A stretch of DNA of 64,000 bases. Origin: Takakia lepidozioides. Its lineage: Eukaryota > Plantae > Bryophyta. A model generated the notes under the pieces. It was given only the letters and a program-made list of their open reading frames with translations. It did not search any database and was not told the origin of the DNA. The position numbers and the translations under genes are program-made. The stretch spans positions 38,998,001 through 39,062,000 of the forward strand of contig CM060733.1 in the NCBI GenBank assembly GCA_030704615.1. The letters run 5' to 3'. This document shows, one piece after another, positions 1 to 10,763 of this stretch; the first letter of the stretch is position 1; every line of letters starts with the position of its first letter.

Positions 1-3000
1 ATATTCACAAAATCAGGACATGTGCAATTGGGGAAATTGGAAACCGTGATGTCGTAGGTCCTGTCATGAACAGCAGATGTGGAAGTGATGATTGTGAATA
101 CCCGACCATATCCTGGATCGGGTACTTCCGTGGTGCTTCCAACACGAGCTTGGAGCATTCTTGCGGACTCCACTTTGCCAAAGTGTTCAGCGGTTGGAGG
201 GAAACGCCGAACGAGCTTTCCATCTCGTTTGGTTGGCCACAAGTCAGGATTTGCCGGGGGGACCCGGGAGGACGCAGAAGTAGTAGCATATGCATGGAGT
301 TGGGGTTGTCTCGCAAGGGAAAAACCTGCCTCCTCCAGCATTTCAATCTCCTAAAAGCTGAGATGTGTTCCCACCTTCACGGGCCAAACGGTTGGAGGAG
401 TGGCTTCATCACTACGGAAGGACGCACAGTTCCATGCACACATCTGGCACAATCATCTGCGCAGAACCAGAACTTGTGGTTCTTGGCTTCTGGTTGACCG
501 TATGGACGCATCAAGCCCGTGAAAGTCGGAGCAGGAGTTCGGGCACCACCTCTGGATATAGATGAAGTGCACTTCTCGAAATTAGTTGCCCTGATCGCTG
601 TACATTTCACACGAGACCCTACACTTGTGCGTTCTATGTGCCAAACGTGGTCGGGGCATGCGGACTCAAGCACATCAAGGGGGTTGTTTCTCTCCTGCAC
701 CATTTCAGTGGCACTGTTTGATGCTGGAGCTTGCCGTCGTGTTGGAGGTTCCTCCACAATGGAGGTTCCGGACATGGAGCTGTCATGCAGGGGAACACGA
801 GGCTTCGAGAAGTTATCACGGTCTGCCCTGTGGGAATCTGAATCCGAACCAGGTGGAGTGTTCAATTTCCTCTTACAGGAGCCGAATCTCTCCTCCCCTT
901 CAAGATGTGGAACTCTAGAAACAAGTGGCGTTCCCTGGGCATACATGCTCACCGCCCGTGCTATCTTGATTGGATCCCCAGATCTGTTTGCAGCACGCAA
1001 CATCAACTCCCATTTGTCCGGACCCTTGCCACCAACCCCACCTCGTAAGAAATCACGGTATCGGGTTTGTTGTTGCAAGGCACGTATCAAATCATCTGTT
1101 GTTGCCACATACAAATCCCGACCTCGTTTCCCAGACTGCTGCAACCATGCGTTGTGCACAGTTTCTGCCAAATTGCAAGATGGCATGTCCGCCATTTCCT
1201 CAATGGACATGTTCTGCAAAGAGGATAACCACACTTCAGAACAGTGCACAGGAAACAACATAAAGAAAGCAATGAGTCAAAATATGGAAAGCAAATGTAT
1301 GAATAAAGCATGAAATAGAAGCCTCGTACCATTGTCATGGCTGCTCCCCACTGTCTATACCGGAAGTGCCAAAACGCCAGCCAATCTTTCAATGCTCTCA
1401 TACTCTCAAGTGATGCAGCTCCAGAAGAGAACCACCATGCACGAATTGTCTGGAACAAAGTGTCCGCCTCCTTCATTGTTCTAGCATCTTTGTACTCTTT
1501 GCACAATTTACGGTGCTGAGTCTGCATCTCTGGTTTGATGTCCGACTTTGTATGTTTTTCTAGAGATTGTGTCCAATGGAATAGACATGTACGCTCTCTT
1601 CCTGGCATAGGCACTTTTGGGTCGCCCGATCCGAAGACAATACGAACAGCATTGAAATTTGCTTGAGCACTATCCGCCATGAAACCTGCGAAATTTGGAG
1701 ATGACAGCCCATGGCAGCCCATGACACGTATCAGGGAATTCCACATGAGCTTCTGGGATTCCGTATCCTCGGATTGCAATTGTCATAACTCGTTGGTACA
1801 CTGGATTGTAGACATGACAAGCCATTGTCGTCCAATCCTTCACTCGTTTCACATGATCAAACATAAGAAAACAGTTCTGCAAGTCCCCAGTCTTCTGCAT
1901 CCGCTTCACGAGGCTAACCCCACTGCCCTCCCCAACAGTCGACATTTTGAAAAGAAAAACTTTGATGGCACCTTGACCTGGGAATACATTGTCCTGGATG
2001 TAATCGTACTTGCTCACTCGTTTCAATTCCAAAATATTGTCTATGTAGCCTCTGATCCCAGAGCCCATTCTCAATGCATTGATCTGATGCCGAATGTTAG
2101 GTGAACTTAAAGTGGAGAAATGATCCATGACCAGGTCCAATGCTGCACCGTCAAGTTTAGTCCCCATAGAATCTCCTTCACTCAAAATATGGCTTTCCAA
2201 GAAGGACTTGCTTGCGCCAAGAGCAATTGCAGATGTTGTTGCGGATGGGTTTCTCCCGAACTCCTGTTTGATCAACCTCGATACTGTCTCAACACTCTCC
2301 CTGTAATCCCCCTTCGAGACAGGATGGTTATGGAATCCAAAATGCACACAAGCTCTCGTCATTGTATTCAAACGGTGGACAACATAGTACATTCTTGCTC
2401 CGCAGAGCGCCAAACATGATGGCACAAGTTTGCAGAATTTGCAGACGAAAGTGTTTGCCGGTGGAGGGGCAGTCCCAGGCTGAAATGGATTTTCCGCCAG
2501 ACCCTCCCATTCGCTTTGATTATGAATCCCAGACTGAAGAAAGTGTCTGCAATTCAAATTATCACACCTAAGGTGTCCATTGCAAACTGTCCTCCTGAAA
2601 ACAAGCTTGTCATCATTCTGAATATTGGATGTTTTTGTTCTGCACCACGGGTGCCCGTCGTGTTTCTTGTCCATTCCATGCATCATGATTGTTACACCTC
2701 CAACTCGCGGAGGAGGAGGCAGCTCGAATAGGATATCGCCATCAAAAGTCTCCGGCAAGAACTTCACAGGCACCTGCTTCAAAGATTCCCAATCAATTCC
2801 CCGCAACTCACTTTTGAATCCAGCCATTCCTCCCATCGCCCGCACTTTTGGAATGACACTACAAATCTCTTCTCCATCAGCTTCTCCAACCACAGTAGGA
2901 AGGACTGGATTTGGAATTTCACTTATGTCATCATCGGAAGAATCCGAAAGCTCAACGATTGGAGTGGAGGACGTCTGTTCTTTTTTCACCACCACCTCCC

Positions 3001-3328
3001 TCTTGTCTTCAACGACCGAAGCAGCAGTCCCGGGCGTCACATATGACCCAAGGGACTTTCGCCGAGGCTCTCCAAGTACTCTGTATCGACCAGGATGCAC
3101 TCTCCACTGGCTGATATGAGCCGTCTCATCACGGTTTTGGAAAGAATATTTCACCAACTTCCCTTTAAGATCGTACACCTCTTTCTCCAAAAAGATGGAG
3201 CCATTCTGCAGCTGAAAACGGGTAGCCAAGACATGTTCCAGAACAATTGCAAATCCATTGTCAAGGACTTCCTGGGAGAACGGCACTGGTTTGTCGTCAG
3301 AGAAGAACTCCGCTTCAGAGGAAGCCAT
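1..3328 (-). pseudogene. Mutator-like (MULE) transposase, copy A: GCM-like Zn DNA-binding domain + DDE core + SWIM finger; disrupted, runs off the window edge
   Basis: Joined frames 3328-1780, 1779-1330, GT-AG intron 1329-1214, 1213-~400, then a frameshifted tail to base 1. GCM-like motifs DGHPW..CNGHLRCDNLNC..CKFC..C.AR..HFGFHNHP. MULE-type catalytic motifs FLMFDHVKR, FMADSAQAN, CLFHW (CxxH) and NLAETVHNAW. SWIM start YDITVSNFPNCTCPDF at bases ~10-55. Frameshifts near 1779 and ~400, in-frame TAG at 351-353. Confidence 0.85.
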
Positions 3329-4734
3329 CTTCCTTCCTCGCGTACGTTTGTACCTTGCTATCGCAGATCTAGTGTAAATCGGTTTACTGCTGTCTCCAGA
3401 ACACAGTTGAAGAATGAGCAGAGAATATGGCGGAGGAAGCTCAGATAACGACTGTGCATATTATGTTATTCTTTCCAGATATGCAGCCGTCCATTTTAAT
3501 TACTTTTCTTGTGGGCCCAGTAGTCAGAGTATCCCTAGGTGCAGTGTCGGCAGCTGTAAAACCGTTAATCAGAACCTCATCAATAAACCCAACAACAAAG
3601 CCGACTTCCTGGAAGCATGCCACAGGATCTGAGAATGGGATTGCAGATTAAGTAAATGTATCTTTATACTACTACCAATGATCATGCGCACCTGGAAAGT
3701 TCAAAATGTGAAACGAACGTGGGGTTGGCTAACAAGGATGACCGTGTATAATATCCCAAATTTTGTCATCAAACTCTCGTTCATTTACATATATTTGTCT
3801 AAGACTGTGCGCCAAGATTTCTTGGATTCGCTGTTATTTTTAAATATTGAAACCGTTCTAATAAAGAACACGCCGTTTTTTTTGGGCGACACACGTCAGA
3901 CATCCATAACTGAATACGAACAGCTGTACACACCAATTGCTGGCATGTGCACTAATAAGGGAACGACTATGTGTAACGGTCACGCGGGAGGGAATCCGAT
4001 GCTTCTAGAGACACGCAAGAACGCAGGCAATCCCGCAAGAAATCGGGAGTCACTGCGTTTTTCTACTTTTCGCGCTTAGAGGGAGAGTGGTAGTCAAGCT
4101 GGAGAGGGTTCCTTCTAGAATACGAAAGAGAAGAAAGTCTCTTTATTTTACTTCCCTTAGAGAGAGACACAGAGCAAGAAGAAAAATGACGAGGCGTCGT
4201 TTGTTGGAGAACACAGGGCCAAGGCAACAGGTGAACGCGGAGACTGATTCACAAGAGCAGACGGAGACTGAGGCAGCGGCTGTGACACAGTCGGCGATAA
4301 GAGTGCGCCAGCCTGTGGAGGCAGAGATGATTCGCAGGGACACTGAAGAAGGTGGAAGCACGCGGAACGCCGAACCGGAGAAGGTCAAGAAACCCTAGCG
4401 CAGACAGAAATTCCAGCAGATGTGAGAGGGAAGAGGAAAGCTGCAGAAGGGGATCAAATTTCAAAACCTAAGAAGGTGCCAGTAAGTTTTATCTAACTTA
4501 CATTTCATTGTTGAAGATATGCGTAGAGATTGAGTGGAATGTCCCAGACAGGGATTGTTGCTACCGACAATCACAAAGGTGATTTGCTTTCTACTCCTCT
4601 GCGAAGGGTTTACAGCACAATGAGTTGGTGACTATCGGTACAGTCATTCACTGGTGTTCAGATCATACAGTCTGTCTGATTGCCTTTCAAGGAGTCCTTC
4701 CTCTTCCCTTCTTTAGCAGGAACTACTGAATTGC

Positions 4735-5052
4735 GACGTCGTTAACGCCATTCGATTCTCCTCATGAGATTTATGTACCTATGTGTTTGAAGAGAGAGTT
4801 TGCACTTACTATCCGCCCTAAACTACACTGAATGTCGTTGCCGCCAATCAGTTGCACATGTATGTCATTACACAACACCGATCCGGCAGGTCGTTATCTG
4901 TTGTGATTGTCGTTAACGCCGTTCGCTATCGCTCTCGCTTTTGTTTTGAATACGGCAGTCTCAGCTTTGCTTGTGTAGATTGTGCTGAATTCTTTCACAC
5001 CATTCATGGTGAGTTTCTTTGAGACAGAGTGATGGTCGTTACCGCCATTCAC
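4735..5052. repeat. Four degenerate copies of the element-A palindrome in intron 1 of ParB-MTase A
   Basis: gacgtcgttaacgccattc (~4736), tgaatgtcgttgccgccaatca (4829), tgattgtcgttaacgccgttc (~4904), gatggtcgttaccgccattca (~5031), spaced ~75-130 bp. Confidence 0.7.
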
Positions 5053-6923
5053 TATTTGCAAATCACTCAGTCAGAACTGAATGGCATCGTGCAGAAAACT
5101 GTGAGGTCGAAGCCTACAGGATCAGAGGGGAAAGGATCTGGAGATGGGGACGAGTCCGCAAAAAGCTCAGAGAATACAGATGAAGCAGATGAATCCGAAG
5201 TGCACTACCTTGACAAGGTGAAAGAACTCATGTCATTCCAGAAGGTAAACTCTCAGGAGGTTATAAGGGACATGCTCGTATCTGGAGGGCGTCTGGACAT
5301 ACCTCTGTGCCGGATGATATCAATGCCTGTTGTGCGTCCACCTCTTTCCCATGACATAACAAAATTGGAGAGTGATTTTGTGCATGGATATAGACTTGGT
5401 GCACAAGTTTTTTATGTGTCACTAACGGATATAAATGGGAAAAGCACATTAGTGTCTCCAGAGATCAGTGATAACTGGGATGAGTGCTGGAAAGATGCCA
5501 ATGAGGAGTTCGAGCTGGGCCTCATGATGGGAAAGAACACCCAGCAATTCTGCAACCACATGTTCTACGTCTGGGACGGCAACCACCGATTGCTGGCATG
5601 GATGGGATACATTCAGAAACACCATTCGAAAGACAAAGACAAGCATGTTGCTGTGGAGGCAATGGTTTTGGATCCTGGAAACAACATCGCTAGGCTTCTT
5701 ACAGCTATGCACGACGTGAACAAGTAAGTCATCCAGGAGATTTCATTCCCTCTGTAGTGTCTTATTAATTCTCAAAAAACAATGTTAAGGAATGCAATGT
5801 TTCCAATGTTTTTGCAGATCGACAGAGAAATCGCATGTGACAACAAGCTTGGTTCACACACTATTCCGAATTCAGAGGATTGGTCTGATGAAGCTGGATG
5901 ATTTTCGGACAGTACTACCACCCAATATCATCAAGAAGTGCGAAACAGGAAGAGCTGCAGGCACTTGGTATTCTTTGACACGAGAGGCGTTTCTGGAGTA
6001 CATGTATGCGGTAAGCCCGAGTCTGTACTCTGTTTACTTTTCGAATACATGTTTGTAGTCCCTTCGGAGCTAATCACTACTTGAATGAATGCAGCAAGAA
6101 CTGGCAGAGGCAGCTGAGAAGGGAAAATCCGAATATTACCGCACTACACCAGACTAACTAAGGACATCAAAGGGTGTGGAAGCTGCAATAAAGAAGGAGT
6201 TTGAAATGCGAAGAACCAAATTGATGTCAGCCTTCGGAAAGCAGCTTAGAATAGTAGATCCTGGACTTGGTCCTGAGTTCCTTCAGCAGATCAAAACACA
6301 CTATGACAAGCATGTGCATCCGGAGATGCAGCAGGAGAAATTGCACCGGCTGGCCATATCGATGGTCGACCCACAAACAAAAATAAGGTGGCTGGAGATA
6401 TGGAACTCAGATCAAACAGTAAAGGACTTGAATCAGTTCCCAAAGAGCACCATACAGCCTGGCACAAAGGTGGAAGGAATCAGTGATTTGGTGTTTGATA
6501 ACTGGCTCCACAAGGCTACATCTTGGAGTCAGGTGTGTATTCGAACATGCTGTTTTCTTCTCTTCAAGTATGTGATGACTATCTCTTTTGCAATTCTGAC
6601 AAATATACTATTTGCAGCTCGAAAAGCGCGCCGTCATTGTGCTGGATCAGACTTTGAAGGACCTGAACATTTCGATTGTTTCCCCTCCCCAAATGTCATT
6701 GGAGGCATACATAAGGAAGTGGAGAGGTCTCACCTGGAGATACTGTTTTTTCCGGAGTTCTCCAAAGATGGTAACATTTTACGGTCCAACGACTTTGACA
6801 GTCAGGTTGGAGGAGAGTGGGCCATGATGCGAGTTGTGTACAGGTGCAATGTCATACTTGAAACTCTACTGTTTTTTTTGGGAAAAATGTGGCTTCATAT
6901 GGATTGCAATCTTAGATCCAGAT

Positions 6924-7680
6924 TGAATGTCGTTGACGACATTCACTTCTTTGTCTGAGTCATTCTTAAGCGAGTATATGAATTCACCTGGTTAGGATCT
7001 AAGGGTGCAATTATATTGTCCCTGATTAGAATTGATAATGTCCTTGAATGGCGTTGACGACATTCACCTACGGAGTTGTTGAGAGGTCCTCAGAGTTATG
7101 TAAATTTTTGTAATGTCCATAGAGGTTACAGTGAGGGTTCCTCACTTCATTTTGCTGAATGTCAATGCAGACATTCAGTTGTTCTGCATTGTTTTTGCCT
7201 CTTGCGAGGAATCTGGAGGCTTGATAAGCTCTGTTATGAGAAATCCAAAGTGAATGTCGTTGACGACATTCACTGCTGTGTCTGTATTATTCAACAGCGA
7301 CAAATTGAATTTACATGGATTGGGAGCTAAGTAATTGGTTTCTTTTGGTATTTTTGTGAATGGCGTTGACGCCATTCACATACAGTGATGTTGTGAGGTC
7401 CTCAGTGATATGTTCGTTATGAATGTGCATTGAGTTTTCCTGGTGGGTTCCTTACTCGATTTTTTGATTTCCATCCTGTGATTTTGCTTCATTTAAGTAA
7501 TAATTTGGCTTCATTAGTGAATGTCGTTGACGACATTCACTTCTATGTCTGTGTCATTCCTAAACGATAATTTGCATTCACCTGGATTGGGGTGTATTTA
7601 CAGTATCATTGAATGGAATGTTCTGAATGGCGTTGACGACATTCATATCTGGAGCAGTAGTGTGGTCCTGAAAGGTCCTT
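6924..7680. repeat. Intronic array of 22-bp palindromes TGAATGKCGTTGACGMCATTCA within ~3 diverged higher-order units
   Basis: Copies at 6924-6945, 7045-7066, 7251-7272, 7357-7378, 7518-7539 and 7624-7645, plus variant TGAATGTCAATGCAGACATTCA at 7156-7177. Flanks repeat as a diverged dimer unit of ~270-330 bp. Confidence 0.92.
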
Positions 7681-10567
7681 GGAGCAGTTCTCAGAGCCAT
7701 TTCAATCTATGTTTTTTTCATTCTGTTCTACTTGCATCTTACTCACTGAGCGCTTTTGTGGGTTGGGATTTATCTCCTTTTTTCAGGTACACGAAATATG
7801 TGCTTATGGAAGGAAATCACCTGAGCGGAATTCCCGACTATCTTGACATGTGGTCGGACCCTGCAAACGATCCAACCATGTATACTGCAGGGATATTGAA
7901 GGACTGGAGTCCTTCTCACTTCAGAGACTGTGGCTGGTACCTTGACTGCCCACCTGAGCACACGACCTTTCAAGAACAGCATATGAAATACTTGAACAAT
8001 AACGCTGAGATGCTGGCGCCTTTGACTGACGAAGAGTATCAACGAAACATAGCAACGTTGGCTGCCAAGGAGCCTGATGCTCAGGGAACGCCGCAGAAGG
8101 GAAAGAAGGCGGGCCGCAAACCAAAAGACAAGGCTGTTGATGTCATAGCCATCTCACCAGCAAAGCCAAAGGACAAAGACAAGTCCAAAGAGAAGGAAAA
8201 GGACAAGGGGAAGGAGAATGAAAAGGAGATGGAGAGTGGGCAGGACTTTACTGCTGGAAGATATACCCGCACTCTTCAGTGCGTGTTCGATGCCAAGCCA
8301 CACCCTTCCCGTTCTGATTCCGCAGGAGAGATGAAAATTGTTAATGAGGGTTGGCTTTCGATGATGCAGAGTCGAAAGAGAGGATACACTGGGGTGCCAT
8401 CCCCTACCTGGGACAATATAATCTCATTCCTCAATCTGGTGAGAATTCCAGTTTCTTTCTTTTTTCTCTGAAAGTTTCGTTGGCAGTATTTCAGTCTCGT
8501 TCTTTGAAAACAATCTTGCCATCGTTCTTATAAAAAACATGTCTGTTGCAGGTGAGCACAGGTCCCACCTTCGTGTGCGGTGTGCAGAAAACTTATGCGG
8601 CCGACATTGTCATTCTCGACATCCCGGATGGCCAGGCTGTGCCAGAAGTTCTTCCAAAGGGCAAGACGCCAGGCTGGAACAAATTCGAGGACAACTACTG
8701 GAGTTGGGTGTTCGGGTTCTGTAACAACTTCCTCTCTGATGCAGGGACACTTCTGCTTTTTCAGTCATGTGACAATGATAGTCGTCGGGCATTGGCATCA
8801 TACCTCAAGTCTTCAGGGTTTGAAGTTTTGCGCACATGGAATTGTGTGAACAGCCTCTACCTTGTGAAAGGGGGTTTCCCTGGTCAGCTGGTATGCCGTC
8901 TCCCTTCTGCTTGTGCTTTGATCATGAGTTTCAATTTTCTCTGCAGCTCCACTCTAGTAGAATGTGTTATGATCGACACCGATCATCACCGATTCATGAT
9001 TTTTTTGTGTCAGAGTTCTGAATAGCCGATGTACACACTTCCACTATAGATTGTGTTTACCACACTAACCTGCTATCTTTGCCAGACGAGGATGTTCGAG
9101 GCGATCTGCCTGCGGAGGATTCGCACCTCAAAGACACCATCCTCCATTCGCAGCTTTGAGATTTCTGACCAGGGTTGTTTCGTCAACCCCCCCTATGAGC
9201 CCCATGTCGATGACATTTTGTACAACTTCATGCAGTCCAGTCAGACTCTGAAGAGACCAGATGGCACTCCCTGGAGAGGTGCAAAGGAAAAGTCACCAGC
9301 GTTCATGCAAATACTGCTGGAGTCATGCAGCCACCGCTCTGCACGGGTGGTCGATCTTTCTGTGTCCACAGGTTCGTTTTTTCCCTTCCGAATTGGTTTC
9401 CTTTCAACAGTTTCATCTGCTTAAATCCCCCCCTCCAAACTGTTCATGTTATCTGTCTGGTGCAGGAGCAACTTACCACGCATGCAAGGCAGGCGGAAGA
9501 AGCCTTTTTGGCATGGAGGGTGATTCTGACCTCTACAACACAGTGCTCCTCCCCTTTTGTCTGGCTCCACTTCAGGCACACAGACTGATCGGATTCAAAT
9601 TTGAAATGATGACGATCCCGAAGATAAGCAGGTCGACAACGACTTTTCATGTGAGTCAGTGCTAAACCCTCTTTGGGAGTCATACTCAATTTCTCGATAA
9701 CATCAAAGTTACAGTAATAACTTTTTCAAGCTGTCTTTCAGGAAAGGCAGCAGTGGATCTTCAGGAGATACAGTCATTTCTGGCGAGTCTGTTTTCGACA
9801 GCCCCCTTTCCAATTTTCTTCTTCCTGTTTATGCCGAGGCAATGGCACTTCACGCGGCCGAGTCCCTATCCCCTGACTTTTTAGTGGCCAGCCGTAGGTG
9901 TATCCAGCGTGGATCCGGTGTTCTAAAATACTTAGACTTAGATGCAGAGGAAGGGGATACATTGTACTGACTCTGAGTTAGACTGAACTGTATTCTTTTA
10001 ATATTCATTTTCATATTATCTAGAAAACGTTGAATCCCCTTCCTCCACCGTAGTTGTTCCTTTAGAACAAATAATAATCACAGAATCAACTTTCGTTTAA
10101 ATTGCAATATGTATGAATCCATCTCACAAACCTCCCTGACTCTTCTCATATCCATTGTGCATTCATCTACACTGTATTCATGCGTGCTCCATTCATGAAT
10201 TTTTTCCTTTGTACAACATCCATTGTACATTCATCCTCTGTACTCTTTAATCCACCCCACAAACCTTCCACACTCATTTCATATACGAGGTGCATTCGTC
10301 AAAAGATTTGGTCATGCATCTTCCTGTCATGAATTTTTGTCATTGCTCAAAATCCATTATACATTCATCCATTTTACTCTTATCCATCCCTCATTCATCC
10401 ATCTACATTCATTTTTCACAATCATCCATCTGTTTATCATCCAACTGTACATTCATCCATCCTTTATTCAATGCCTTTTATTATGTCGTCCAGCTTGTTT
10501 CCGCGGTAAAGGGTGCCAATCCGCGGGAATACACTCCACTTCTTTCTGGGCGCGTGGTGACGCGGCC

Positions 10568-10648
10568 TTCACGTGTGATGACGTGGAGTGAGCCCCGTGA
10601 CGTGGCATTTGCGCAAGGTGACGTGGCGTGAGCGCAACTCACGTGACC
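10568..10648 (+). promoter_or_regulatory. G-box/ABRE-like cluster upstream of the orphan gene at 10764
   Basis: CACGTG 10570, TGACGTGG at 10579, 10598 and 10619, CACGTG 10640; roughly 20-bp periodicity. Confidence 0.5.
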
Positions 10649-10763
10649 AGGCTCACGCCGAGGCATCCCTGTTCAAGATGGTACCACTGGCCGCGCAGCA
10701 GGCCTCCCTCCGTCTGCTTTAAAGGCTTTTGAGAGTGCCGGTCAGACTAGCAGACCCGGCTCA

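Larger units (their letters stand above)
4186..9970 (+). pseudogene. ParB/Srx-like domain fused to a beta-class N6A/N4C DNA methyltransferase fold, copy A (multi-exon, disrupted)
   Basis: Inferred exons 4186-4481, 5095-5723, 5818-6010, 6095-6532, 6618-6770, (6806-6844?), 7787-8438, 8552-8890, 9086-9371, 9466-9650, 9742-9970 with GT-AG ends. ParB-like FYVWDGNHRLLAW. MTase motifs in beta order: DIVILDIPDG (IV), FLSDAGTLLLF (VI), WRGAKEKSPAFMQILLESCS (X), VVDLSVSTGATYHACKAGGRSLFGMEGD (I-II). In-frame TAA at 6155-6157 and a probable frameshift in exon 1. Confidence 0.8.

Noticed and set aside
6924-7645. CRISPR array interpretation of the palindromic repeats
   Set aside because: Spacers are ~75-140 bp and homologous to each other (higher-order tandem units), the array is in a spliceosomal intron, and there are no cas genes.
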